Of a stretch of DNA of 64,000 nucleotides, positions 26,911 through 40,200 are shown piece by piece. Origin of the DNA: Takakia lepidozioides (Eukaryota > Plantae > Bryophyta); NCBI GenBank assembly GCA_030704615.1, contig CM060734.1:47616001-47680000 (forward strand). Direction: 5' to 3'. Position 1 is the stretch's first letter, and each line of letters starts with the position of its first letter. Both the position numbers and the translations under genes were made by a program. The notes beneath the pieces were generated by a model that had not been told where the DNA came from, searched no databases, and was given only the letters and a program-made list of their open reading frames with translations.

Positions 26911-28080
26911 TGTTTTGACAAATTATGATTATTTTGATTAAACGACGGATTACCGTCGTTTAATTTAAAAAAATTCAAAATCGTCAAGCGACCTCCTTCT
27001 CTCTCTCACGGCCCTCCCTCTCCCTCTCTTCTTCACTCAGCTTGCAAGGTAGAGATATCAACAAGAGGGTGAGAGGTGCGGAGGTCACCTCGTCGTGGGG
27101 GAGCTCGGAGGAAGGCGCACTTGCTTTTCACCGCGCCTGTGAAGTCTCCCAAGCTCCGACGTTGAGCTGCTCGCCCTCGGCCGTGCGTCTTCCGGAGGTG
27201 AGGGATTCCTTCTCTCTCGTTTACCTTGCTTTTCTTCCATCTTCAAACCCTCCCCTCTGTCTTCCTTTCCTTCGCAAGGCGAGATCGCCGATTCCAGCTC
27301 CCCCACATCTGTCGTTCTGTTAACTCACCGGGGCCGCTGCCCCTGTGTGTGTATGTGCTGCAGGGTAGGTCGTGGGAGCTCGGCTCGCTCACCCTTTGCT
27401 GTCCTTCCCCGGTAAGCACCCTACAGCCACCCCGCCCGAGCTTGGTTATTTTGGTTTTTTTGAATTGGGTGATGACACCCTTTCTCTCTCACACACACTA
27501 CCTCTCTGTCAAGCAATTCGCAGCAAGAGGGAGCTGGCTGCATTGGTGTACGCAGCCACCCCAGCCCCATTGGGTTTTTTTTTTTTTCGAATTTGGGTGA
27601 TGGCAGACATCTCTCTCTATCACCCTAACTCTGTGTCAAGCAATTCGCAACAACGGGGGGGCTGGCCGCGCTGGTGCGCGCAAGCACCCCAGCCCACATG
27701 GACGTTGGTAGCTGGTTCTCTGGTCCCTAGCAGCTACCGTCCTCTTGCTCGGCTCTGGTACTCCTTGCCTGTGCCTCTGTGTTTTCTGATTCAGGGCTCA
27801 TGAGAGAAGACTACGCAGCTAACGGCTACATCGCAGCCATTCGTCCTTACTTGTTTTCATATTTTGTTTTCCTTGTTTTTGTAATTCTACTTGTATGACA
27901 GTCCCATGGGCTGTATTTGGTGTAGTTTTTTAATTATTTATTGGCTTATTTGATATATTGTAGTGTCTTTTTTAGTGTATAATTCTTTTTTGCTCTATAA
28001 AAATCTATGTAATATTGTACAGTCTTCAATATGTTTTTTTAGGATTTCTTTGTATTAATAAATTGTAGTTCATTTCAGAC

Positions 28081-29300
28081 ATGACCAAGGATTCGCAGAA
28101 GACCTCAGCTGCAAAGAAAAGGAAAAAACCAGAAGCAAAATCGTATCGTTCAAGTACACAAAAGAAATCTGGTTTGACCCCCCGGCATTCCCCTCCTCCT
28201 GTGCTTGCTTCTTCATTTCATGAGCCCGAGAGTACCAGTGGCCCCCCCGAGCACCGTGTTGATGATGATGCCCCCCTTTTGGGCCCAGGTGTTGTAGTTG
28301 AAGTTTCTTCTGTGCCGGATATTATTGGTACTATTGATGAGTCTTCCATTGGGCCTACAGTATCTAGTCGCGCTGCCCTCTCTCCTTTGTTAGAAGCATT
28401 GTATATGGGTAATGTAAAGATTATTCAAGATAGTTCTAGGATGGGCCAAAATTGGGACATTGCTCCTGGTCCTTCTCCAACCACAGAGGTTAGGAGGGTT
28501 ATGACACGTCAATGGGATGAACTGATCAAGGCACAAGAGAGAGAGAAAGAGAGGGTGGAGAGGGGTTCCATACGTGGGGAGGTAGCTAGGCCGATTGGCC
28601 CAAAGGATGTTCATGTTGAAAGATTGGGGAGTTCTTCATGGCATGATGCATCTCATGGTACCCAAGGCGCTTCTCCCTCTCATGTCCATGATACTCCATT
28701 GGTGGCCAGTCCTCGGCTAAGAAGGGCCTCGCATTTGGCCAGCTTGCTGGTGTGACTCTAGCTAGTGGCAATTGGGGTCAAGCCTCTCTTGAAGAGCAAG
28801 CACAACTCATGGCATCTTTGGCGGCAATGGGGGTTCCATTGCCATCAATGGGACAACTTTTGGCAGCTGATCTCGAGGTGCCTAAGTTACCCGCGTTGAG
28901 GCCCATGTATACTGTCGCCTCGGAGCATCATGAGGCCAGTATCTCTCTCTCCATTTTTTTGTATTGCCTACTGCCTTCGTTTTGTTTTGTTGTTTTTATT
29001 TGGTTTGTGTACATGACTTGCAAAGATTGGCCAAGGGCCTCACAAAACTTATTGTAATTGCAGGCTTTATTTGTGGACCCAGTGCCACGTGCCCTTGAGA
29101 GACCTCTTGTCATTGACGAAGGAGCCTGAGAGAGACGTAGACAAAGAGTGATGGAGGAGGTTGAGGCTTTTGTGAGGAGAGGGAAAACAAAGATAGTGGA
29201 AAAGCCCCTTAGGAAGAAGAAGAAGCAGCCTTGCATTGAGGATACCCCTCTCACAATCGGAGAGTTGGGGGGGGGGGGGAGATATTTGAAAAAATAAAGC
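28081..29300 (+). mobile_element. Degenerate TE-associated ORF (Lys-rich NLS-like start, Ser/Pro-rich)
   Basis: 224-aa ORF 28081-28755 with further broken frames downstream. No recognisable host domain; lies between the minisatellite and an LTR-like end (GGGGTTACA at 29341-29349). Confidence 0.35.
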
Positions 29301-30993
29301 AAACTTCAGGTATATTCCAGGTAACGTCACGTTGATAACCGGGGTTACAATAGAGTCAATTATATATTTGAGAGATATTGTTGACTATTGCCATCAAGCC
29401 ATTTTTAGGCTTAAAAAGTTATCTTTTTCTATTTAGGCATAAAGTTATCTTTTAGACACAAAAATAAATTTTTCCTATTCTAGACATGAAAATAACTTTC
29501 TTTTACCTATTCTAGGCTTGTGCCTATTTGAGACAACCCCTCACAAACAACGTATAAGCTGGGGGTGAGGCTCTGTGTACCTCATTCCATTTCTCTCCAA
29601 CTGATGAGCTCACTTGTTGAGCAAAACTAGTCAGGACTTTTATAGAGATTTTCTATCTCTTCTGCATCTAAGGGTTAATGTCTCAACTGTGCTGTTGAGC
29701 TTTAGGTTTGCTATCATCTATTGCTCTAAGTTCCATTGCATTTGGTTGCTTTGTCTCTATTGCATTAAACTCCTTCTTGAGTATTGCATATTAGATGAAC
29801 ATCTAAGTCGTTCTCTCTTTTTTCTCTCTCGAGTATTTTGCACTTCTTTTCTAGCTTTCTGTCTCTCAGGACCAACGCTATTCCAATGCCACTTACCACC
29901 GGCTTCATAAGTTTCAAACAAACTCACAGATGTCAACTCCTTTTTAGTCGATTTTATTTTTCATGCGGCTGAGATACATATTACCCCCTTTTTAATTCCT
30001 GGACCATCCTCTAATGGATAGGCCCCCCGCAAACTTGAGAGGCATTATTCCTACATGCTTACTTTATCCCAAAACTTGCATGAGGGTAAACAAAAATCCC
30101 AACCCTTTGCACAACAATTGCGCATCGCACCACAACTTGCTACAAATCCTTCTGATGACTGTGCCCTCACAGCCAAAGGAGGAGCAGTAAGTATATCTTC
30201 CTCTCAGTATTCACATATATATCCCTTGGTTGGGTGTAATTTTATTGATATTAATTCAACCAACATGTGGGCCCAAAAGCTTCGGTTTTGGGATGTTGGA
30301 CGGCTACTGAAAACGACCTCACTTTTCTTGAAGGGGATTTCAGGAGAGATTTTTGGCTTGTTTGAGATTGGCAGCTCAAGTAGTTACTGAGAACACTGGG
30401 AGTCACACCAGCGATAGAGACCTGCGTCGGTGGACAGACACTGGCAGTATCGCTCATTTGTGAGGGAGTCAAGCGACATCAATCAATAACAACATACCCA
30501 AATACCCTTACAATCACTATGTGAAACTTTCAAGCAGCCACCATGGGATTGGATCTTGGTGGGTTAAGGATAGCTTTTGACAATATTCATGCAAGTTCGT
30601 CAAGGGCTCATCCAAAGCCACACCACAAGAAACAAACAAACATCTGCAAATTTAAGATGCTGAACAAACTTAAACACAGGGCTGCCCCTCTAATCAAGCT
30701 CATCAAAATTCGTATTCACTTCCAGCTCCACCACCCAAACCCAGAATTAGGACAGCACTCTGATTTCCATCTACTGTCACCAAAGTCAGTCCAATATCAC
30801 CCCTTCAGTCAAGTGGAATTAACTTCCCACCTATGCCGGGTAGACCCACTATCATTTCCCGTGGATATGCCACAGGAAATGCACTCAATAGTACAGCATG
30901 GTCAATACTCTCAGGAAAGGGTGGATGATATGAGTAGCTACACAGATCACTGAATGAAGCAAGACACTCGCATCTTTCCAAGAAAACATCCTT

Positions 30994-33900
30994 TCACCAG
31001 TAATCCCCACAGGAACAAATCCCATCTTCAAAGTGGTGAAAGCGGTTAGCGTCCCGTACAACAATTGCTCGGCCAACAATCGTTGAGATGAATTTGGTGG
31101 AGGTGTGGCAGTCACCACACACTCTAAGATTCTTGATGAGACGGAGAGGTGTCCTGGGGGTCGTGCTGATCAGCCCAAAACCAATGGCCAGCTTCTCACT
31201 GTGGTGGCAAAGAGAAAATTCCTTTTCCTCCTCCCCCCCACATCATGCAATACAAAGCGCGTGTCAGGCACATACCCCGCCTTCTTCATCTGCCCAGACA
31301 ATCTTCTCAGCTCAGCATGGATTTCCTTAATTCTGGGATGCAACTTGTCAGCTACAACGAAGGTGTGCACCCTGTTGCCAACCTCAATGCAGCAGCGACC
31401 TGGCTCCTTTCTAACCCCTTTGACCTTCATCATTCTTCTCACCTTTGCAGTATCATCCCACCTGCCAGCTGCAGCATAGATGTTTGAGAGCAACACATAA
31501 GTCGCGGCATCCTGTTCATCCCACATGAGGATAGATGTTGCTGCACGTTCAGCCATCTCCACATTGCCATGGATTCTGCAGGCACCAAGCAAGGCCTTCC
31601 ACACCACAGCATCTGGATTGATGGGCATTTTATTAATCAGGTCCACTGCCTCATCCAGTTGTCCCGCACGTCCAGAAGGTCCACCATGCAGCCAAAGTGC
31701 TTTACTGTCGGAGTGACACCATGATCTTGACTCAGGGAATCAAAGTAGCGTCTTCCTTCATTCAGTAGGCCAGCGTGGCTGCATGCAGAGAGAACACATA
31801 TAAAGGTGATACTGTCCGGCTTCAAGCCGTTCTTTTGCATTCCTTCAAATAGTTGCACGACCTCCCTATGACCACCATGCTGTGCATATCCTGCAATCAT
31901 CGCGTTCCACGACACCACATCTCGTTCAGCCATATTGTCGAACACTCCCTTTGCATGCTCGATGCACCCACATTTGGCATACATGTCCACCAGGTATTGT
32001 TCAGGATCACATCTGGTACGATTCCAGCTCTGATGATGTCGCCATGCACCTCTTTGCCCTTTTCCAGGGCTGCCAGGCTTGCACACGCACTGCAAACGCA
32101 CACAAACGTGATGTGGTCGGGCTTCATCCCTTCGCACATCATTTGCTCATACGTCTCCAAAGCCTCCATCCCGCGCCCCTGCTGTGCATACCCTGCGAGC
32201 ATCGCGTTCCACGACACCACATCTCGTTCAGCCATATTGTCGAACACTCCCTTTGCATCCTCGATGCACCCACATTTGGCATACATGTCCACCAGGGTAT
32301 TGTTCAGGATCACATCTGGTACAATTCCAGCTCTGACGATGTCGCCATGCACCTCTTTGCCCTTTGCCAGGGCTGCCAGGCTTGCACACGCACTGCAAAC
32401 GCACACAAACGTGATGTGGTCGGGCTTCACCCCTTCGCACATCATTTGCTCATACGTCTCCAAAGCCTCCATCCCGCGCCCCTGCTGTGCATATCCTGCG
32501 AGCATCGCACTCCACGACACCACATTTCGTTCAGCCATATTGTCGAACACTCCCTTTGCATGCTCGATGCACCCACATTTGGCATACATGTCCACCAGGG
32601 TATTGTTCAGGATCACATCTGGTACGATTCCAGCTCTGACGATGTCGCCATGCACCTCTTTGCCCTTTTCCAGGGCTGCCAGGCTTGCACACGCACTGCA
32701 AACACACACAAACGTGACATGGTCGGGCTTCACCCCTTTGCACATCATTTGCTCATACGTCTCCAAAGCCTCCATCCCGCGCCCCTGCTGTGCATACCCT
32801 GCGAGCATCGCACTCCAGGACACCACATTTCGTTCAGCCATATTGTCGAACACTCCCTTTGCATGCTCGATGCACCCACATTTGGCATACATGTCCACCA
32901 GGGCAGTTTCAGGATAACATCTGGTACGATTCCAGCTCTAACGATGTCGCCATGCACCTCTTTTGCCCTTTTCCAGGGCTGCCAGGCTTGCACACGCACT
33001 GCAAACGCACACAAACGTGGTGTGGTCGGGCTTCACCCCTTCGCACATCATTTGCTCATACGTCTCCAAAGCCTCCATCCCGCGCCCCTGCTGTGCATAC
33101 CCTGCGAGCATCGCGTTCCACGACACCACATTTCGTTCAGCCATATTGTCAAACACTCCCTTTGCATGCTCGATGCTCCCACATTTGGCATACATGTCCA
33201 CCAGGGCAGTGTTCAGGATCACATCTGGTACGATTCCAGCTCTGACGATGTCGCCATGCACCTCTTTGCCCTTTTCCAGGGCTGCCAGGCTTGCACACGC
33301 ACTGCAAACGCACACAAACGTGATGTGGTCGGGCTTCACCCCTTCGCACATCATTTGCTCATACGTCTCCAAAGCCTCCATCCCGCGCCCTGCTGTGCAT
33401 ACCCTGCGAGCATTGCACTCCAGGACACCACATTTCGTTCAGCCATATTGTCGAACACTCCCTTTGCATGCTCGATGCTCCCACATTTGGCATACATGTC
33501 CACCAAGGCAGTGTTCAGGATCATATCTGGTACGATTCCAGCTCTGACAATGTCGCCATGCACCTCTTTGCCCTTTTCCAGGGCTGCCAGGCTTGCACAC
33601 GCACTGCAAACGCACGCAAACGTGATTTGGTTGGGCTTCACCCCTTCCCCCATCATTTGCTCATAGGTCTCCAAAGCATTCCTACCACACCCATGCTTGG
33701 TAAATCCTGCCAACATTGTATTCCACGTGATCAAAGATCGTTGAGGCATTCTGTTGAACACTTGGTGAGCATCCATGATGCTCCCGCACTTAACATACAT
33801 GTTGACAAGGGTGTTGAGGAGAAAAACATTTGGCGTGAATCCACTTTGGATAATGTGAGTGTGCACCTGCTTTCCAGCTTCCAGGCCTTTCACCTTGATG

Positions 33901-35640
33901 CACTTACGCAAGAGACAGACATACGTTTCTGTATCTGCTGAAATGCCTCCTTGGTTTAAAGTCTGTAGAGCCTCTTTCAGTCTGCCTGCCTCACAAATCA
34001 TCTTCACATGCCCAGAAGTGCCAGAAGAGGCATTGTGGACTCCCTCTCTTGATCCTCTTCCAGAAGCTGTGGTCATGGTTGAGGTGCCTGATTTTATCAA
34101 CTGTGCCGCTGCAGCTGCTGCCTTGAGTTGACCATCTACCCATGGAGGTTTCTTGTAGCTATTGATCCACAGGGAATCATAGGTAATCTTGTGCTTGAAA
34201 TCTGGCCCTCTTGGATGAATCTGTACCCACACTCTATCCCTGCTCCTTCAGCTATCCATGCCTCTGCACAAATCATGCATTCATCCTTGCCTTGCTGCTA
34301 ACAGCTGAAAATGACAGCCTAGATTTGTTCTAGGAAACACCCAACTCAGCTTATCACACTAGTTCCTATGCCTATTGCGTCTGCTAGTCTCTGTAATCCA
34401 ACAGGCATTCACCTTTTTGCCTCGATTGTCCCACCATTGACTGGGGTCAGAAAAGTATTCTTTCCACAGCTTCTCCTCGTCTCTGTTACCTGTTTCTGGA
34501 TACTTTCCTGTTGTCACATTGGCAGTATCATGTCAAAGTCACTCCAAACTATCAAAGGGTCACTCAACCAGCTGAATTGCAGAATTCAACATGAAAATTT
34601 AGGGCCGGTTCTGATAAGAGGGAAAAACAGGGTGAAATGTGTTGAAGAAGGTGCCTTCATTAGCAGTGCCTGATTTTATCAATTGTGCCGTTGCTGCTGC
34701 GGCTTCCAGTTGACCATCTACCCATGCAGGTTTCTTGTAGCTATTGATCCACAGGGAATCATAGGTAATCTTGTGCTTGAAATCAGGCCCTTTTGGATGA
34801 ATCTGGACCCACACTCCATCCCTGCTCCTTCAGCTATCCATGCCTCTGCACAAATCATGCATACATCCTTGCCTTGGTGCTAGCAACAGACAATGACAGC
34901 CTAGAATTCTTCCAGCAAACACCCCAACCATACTTATCACACTAGTTCCTATGCTGACTTGCATCTGCTTCCAACAGGCATTCACCTTTTTGTCTCCTTT
35001 GTCCCACCATTGACTGGCGTCGGAGAAGTGTTCATTCCAAAGCTTCTCCTCGTCTCTGTTATCTGTTTTTGGATACTTTCCTGCTGCCACATTGGCACTA
35101 ACTTGTCAAATTCATTCCAAACCACCACAGATCCACTGCAACATATGGCAAATGAAAGGCTACAACTTGGATATTCAAATATGCAAATTCAGGACCGAGT
35201 CTGATGAGAGCGCAAAACAGGCTGAAATAGGTCGAAGAAGGTGCCCTCACCACATTGTCCTTGACCTTGTGTCATGACCCATGGAAGATTTGACCGACCA
35301 TCAACCCAAAAAGACCTCTTGTGTGTGCTGCTTGTGTCTGTAGTCAGGTAATCTCGGATTGGTCTGTGAGAACCACCACGGTGCAGATGAGCAGGCAGAG
35401 ATTGAAACACGGCCTGATAAGACCAAGCTGACTCTCCCAAGAACCTTGTAAACGTCAGGAAGAATACCAAATCATGGTACTAACAGGTGCCAAGAGCCCA
35501 CATTTGCAGGATGGACAATCATCTTCACATCGTACATTGAGAAAAAGCCACACCTTGCGATTGCGGTTCTCCCACCATCGTGAAGGATCTTTAAAAAACT
35601 CATGCCAGCTCTGCTCCGTGCTCCAAGGTAGAGGTTTGTG
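30994..35640 (-). pseudogene. PDF(x3)-PLS-PPR-E-DYW gene, frameshifted (pseudogene or sequence errors)
   Basis: PDF exon pairs at ~35640-35554/35363-35251, 35080-34986/34802-34664, and 34507-34413/34220 onward, the last running in frame into PLS repeats. E domain (AVVWKALLGACRIHG), PG box PGRCCIEV, HSEKLA, CGDC, ...CSCGDYW* with stop at 30994-30996. Single-base indels near 35310, 33388, 32960, 32905, 31993, 31675, 31235; the donor after 34664 reads CT instead of GT. Confidence 0.85.
31897..33675 (-). repeat. Near-identical 303-bp tandem repeats (P-L-S triplets), about 6 copies
   Basis: 101-codon unit VVSW(S/N)AMLAGYAQQGRGMEALETYEQMMCEGVKPD-HITFVCVCSACASLAALEKGKEVHGDIVRAGIVPD-VILN(N/T)(T/A)LVDMYAKCG(C/S)IEHAKGVFDNMAER(N/D), repeated with very few nucleotide differences. 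Confidence 0.95.
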
Positions 35641-35929
35641 ATCGAAAATTCGACAGCATCAACATGTTGACATTGTCCTTTACTGAGGGGTGCTAGTGAG
35701 CTTTCAACAACATTCATGCAAGTTGTTTTGGGCTCCATTGGGCTCTACACGGTGAGGAACAACGAACTCCAAACTCCGCTCAAGAAACGTGTGCTTTTAC
35801 CGAACTTCCAACAAGGATATCACTGTGCTCTTCCAAGGTGGCAGGGGTCAGGGGCCCTACATCGACCACCGGTTCGTCGTCGTGCCGTTCTGATGGCTCC
35901 TAGCGGTTAGCGCTTGTGAAGCACGGAAT

Positions 35930-36500
35930 GGCTCCTTGTCTCTGTTACCTGTTCAAAGGGTTCACTCAACCAGCTAACTTGCAGAATTCAACATGAAAAT
36001 TTAGGGCCGGTTCTGATAAGAGGGAAAGACGGGGTGAAATGTGTTGAAGAATGTGCCTTCATTACCAGTGCCTGATTTTATCAATTGTGCCGCTGCTGCT
36101 GCGGCTTCCAGTTGACCATCTACCCTTGCAGGTTTCTTGTAGCTATTGATCCACAGGGAATCTTGTGCTTGAAATCTGGCCCTCTTGGATGAATCTGGAC
36201 CCACACTCCATCCCTGCTCCGTCAGCTATCCATGCCTCTGCACAAATCATAATACATCCTTGCCTTGCTGCTAGCAGCTGACAATGCCAGCCTAGGTTTG
36301 TTCTAGGAAACACCCAACTCAGCTTATCACACTAGTTCCTATGCTCATTGCGTCTGCTACTCTCTGTAATCCACCAGGCATCCACCTTTTTGCCTCGATT
36401 GTCCCACCATTGACTGGGGTCAGAAAAAGTATTCTTTCCACAGCTTCTCCTCGTCTCTCTTACCTGTTTCTGGATACTTTCCTGTTGTCACATTGGCAGT
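35930..36500 (-). pseudogene. Extra duplicated, degenerate PDF exon pair
   Basis: Exon A 36481-36386 has an extra T giving a stop. Exon B 36194-36066 has a 10-bp deletion and PAW>PAR. The intron is nearly identical to 34221-34412. Confidence 0.8.
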
Positions 36501-37269
36501 GTTAACAAGTCGCTGCCTATTCTCCCACGTTATATGACTTCCACTCGGAATTGAAAAGACATCGACCCCTTTGAACTGTACTCGTCGGCATTCAAACTTT
36601 CCAGTTCTCCTGCTGCTATATCAGTGATTTCGGTCTTGTTCTCTCAACGCAAAATTTCAGTTCAATATTCGACCTTCCACAGGCATGGGGATGGCAGAAT
36701 GCTCAAGCGCTCTTCTGCACCCGCAGGGACAGACGATCCCCACGAAACTGTCTTCTTGCGGTGGAGACCTTACGTCATGCAGCAGATTACCGGACCATGC
36801 TCTAGAGCTGAAATGCATATCCTCCTTGGCAATCCCGGGCGGGAGACCCTTACAGGTGACTCCGACAGCTTCCCAGTCTCCAGGGAACGTGACGAACGGT
36901 AGAGACATGTAAGTCTTTGAGTTTAATTTTTTGGTCTCTAAACTTGGTGAGTCCATCATGCAGGTTCTACATTGTTCCTTGTCCCACCCCAGCAGAAACT
37001 AAACTAATCCATTCAACTTATGGGCTACAAGACTGTAATTGGCATCCCTCATCACCTGAATGTCTGCATATTTCTGGTCTTTACATGACGTGCATGGGAC
37101 AGACACGGAGGGACAGAGAGCCGTCTATTGGACTTGCTTGCAGCTACTGCCTGTGGGATACCGGTGGATAGGGCAAGTTCCTAGACATGCAAGAAATTGG
37201 GGTCAGTCCTTAATGTGACTTTTAGTTACCATAGATGAGACATATACTGATCTCTCTGGTGCAGGGAGG

Positions 37270-40200
37270 ATGCATGAAGGGCAGAGACAGATGCACCTGC
37301 GGACTGTGAGGGATATTAACCTTGCAGAGCCAGTTGTCAGGTTTTTACCGACCAGGGTATGGAAACTGAGGCCATACCAGTATTCACTAGGAGGAACAGG
37401 GCCGGAGAAAGAGAAGTCGCTACTCATCAATTACAGTAAGACTTGGGCAATTAGATTCTGTCAAAGATCATGTTTTACTGGTGTTTGCATGCAGGACAGC
37501 AGTAAGCATGGAACTGCTTTTGCAAGAGTTCAAATCAGATCCTATGCAGTGGTGGGACAACAGTTCTAATAAGGTGAGGCTACCTCTACTGTAATCAAAA
37601 CATTCTGAGTCTCTAGGATAGAAAGGGCATTGATTTCTTCCTTGGATAAAGCTGGTATGTTTGTAGAGTGAACCCTGGTTGAAGCTGATTTGATTGATGA
37701 TTTGGTCTGTCACACCTCCTGTAGTGGTTGCTGGATAGGTCATTGTTGATGCACAGTAGAATTGAGCTGGTGGTGCAATATGGTAGCCTGTTGTTTGAAG
37801 TGATGGTTGTGGAGCTTTGGTGGTTACAGCCTGATCTCTATGGGGTAAATTGGATTGAATCTATGGCTGCTCAGCTGCTCCCTTGTGCATTTTATAGACA
37901 AGTCGAAGATCACCAGACTTCAGACATAAGCGCACAAAGGAGGTCCTTTGGATTGAGGATTGGTCCACTCCTCCTTGGGTGAAATCAGAGCTAGTTGACA
38001 TAATACAAGGTCGAGTACAATCTGGTGACGGTTCTAATGTTGATATCCATCAGGGAGCTTCAGTCGAAGAATTCAAAGGGTATTTTTTTGATGATGTCAA
38101 GGGTCCCAACTGAAATAGATGGAGTGGGTACAGTGAATCTCGAATATATGACTAAAATATTTTGGTAACCTTGTACATATGTAGCAAGAAACCTGTCCTC
38201 ATGGGGATTTGAAGTATCTAGGAGCTTTGAGATATGTTATGTGAGTGTGAGTGTGAAGGTTTGTCACTAAGAGTTTTGAGTCAATGCAGGATGGCAGGGT
38301 TGAATCAGAGACAATGTTTTGTCGGACTTCAGACCAGTGGCACAGATGTCACATCCACTATCACCCCTTCTTTTGAGAATGGTCTAAGAGAGGGACTTGA
38401 CAAGATCGCTTCTGGCACTTGTGGGGATGTGAGGACACTGTGTAAGGCAGGAAGACTGAAAGATGCACTGCGCATTTTGGACCATAGAGGCATTCAGGCA
38501 GACTCGAATACTTATGTCTGTCTGTTGCAGGAGTGCATGAAGATGAAATGCCTATCAGAGGGAAAACGGGTGCACGACCACATTGTCGAAAGCAGATTCA
38601 AGCCAAACACCTTTCTACTCACCACCCTTGTTAACATGTATGCTAAGTGTCGAAGCTTGGTGGATGCACGACTAGTGTTTGAAAAAATGCCTGAACGAGA
38701 TATATTTACATGGAATTCAATGATAGCCGGATATGCCAAAAATGGATGTGGTAGGGAGGCATTCAAGATTTATGAGCAAATGCAACAGGAAGGGGTGATG
38801 CCGGACAAGATCACATACATTTGCATTCTCAATGCATGTGTCAGCCTCGCAGCCCTGGAAAAGGGCAAAGCAATCCATGCAGACATCATTAAGGCTGGAT
38901 TTGACTCATATATTAAGTTGGAAAATACCCTGATCGACATGTATGCCAAGTGTGGGAGCATGAAGGATGCATGTGAAGTGTTCGACAATATGGCCCAACG
39001 GGATGTGGTCTCTTGGAACGCCATGATTGCAGGATATGCTCAGCATGGCTTAGGTAGGGAGGGTTTTCAGATTTACGAGCAAATGATTCAGGATGGCGTG
39101 AAACCCAATAAGGTAACATTCATTTCTGTTCTCAATGCATGTGCCAGCTTAGGAGTACTGGAAAAGGGCAAGGAGGTCCATGCTGACATCGTCAGAGCTG
39201 GTATTGCATCATACATCAATTTGGAAAATACCCTTGTTGACATGTATGCCAAATGTGGGAGCATGAAGGATGCGCATCAAGTGTTCGACAATATGACTCA
39301 ACGAGATGTGGTCTCATGGAATGCCATGATCACAGGATATGCTCAGCATGGATGTGGTAGGGATGCTTTTGAGTTCTATGAGAAGATGCAACTGGAAGGA
39401 GTGACGCCCGTGAGGGTTACGTTCATTTGCATTCTCAAGGCATGTGCCAGCTTAAGAGCCCTTGCAAAGGGAAAAGAGGTACATACGGCCATCACCAAAG
39501 CTGGAATTGCGCCAGATATCATCCTTGAGACTGCCCTTGTTGACATGTATGCTAAATGTGGGAGTATAGAGGAGGCACATGGAGTGTTCGACAATATGGC
39601 TCAACGAAGTGTGGTCTCATGGAGCGCAATGATCACAGGATATGTCCAGCATGATTGTGGTAGGGAGGCTTTGAAGATGTACGAGCAAATGCAACAAGAA
39701 AGGGTTATGCCTGACAAGGTCACCTTTATTTGTGTTCTCAATGCATGTGCCAGCCTAGGAGCCCTGGATAAAGGCAAAGAGGTTCATGCTGACATCATCA
39801 AAGCTGGAATTGCTTCCTATATTAACCTGGAGAATGCCCTCATTGACATGTATGCCAAATGCGGAAGCATGAACGATGCCCATCGAGTGTTGAACAGTAT
39901 GGCTCAACGAAATGTGGTCTCATGGAATGCCATGCTTGGATATGCTCAGCATCAGTGCGGCGAGGAGGCTTTTGAGATCTATGAGCAAATGCAAAAGGAA
40001 GGAGTGACACCTGACAAGGTCACGTACATTTGCATTCTCAAGGCTTGTGCTAGCTTACTCGCCCTGGAAAAGGGCAAAGAGGTGCACGCCGACATCATCA
40101 AAGCTCAACTTGCACCAGACATCATTCTGGAAACTGCCCTTGTTGACATGTATGCCAAATGCGGGAGCTTTAAGGATGCACTTCAAGTGTTTGACAGTAT

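Noticed and set aside
31853-33666. Long plus-strand ORFs (594 aa, 354 aa)
   Set aside because: Antisense shadows of the tandem PPR repeats, which happen to lack stops on the opposite strand.
38234-38290. ORF-track start MLCECEC for the PPR protein
   Set aside because: Lies in the inferred intron before the acceptor at 38289; upstream PDF exons splice in frame.
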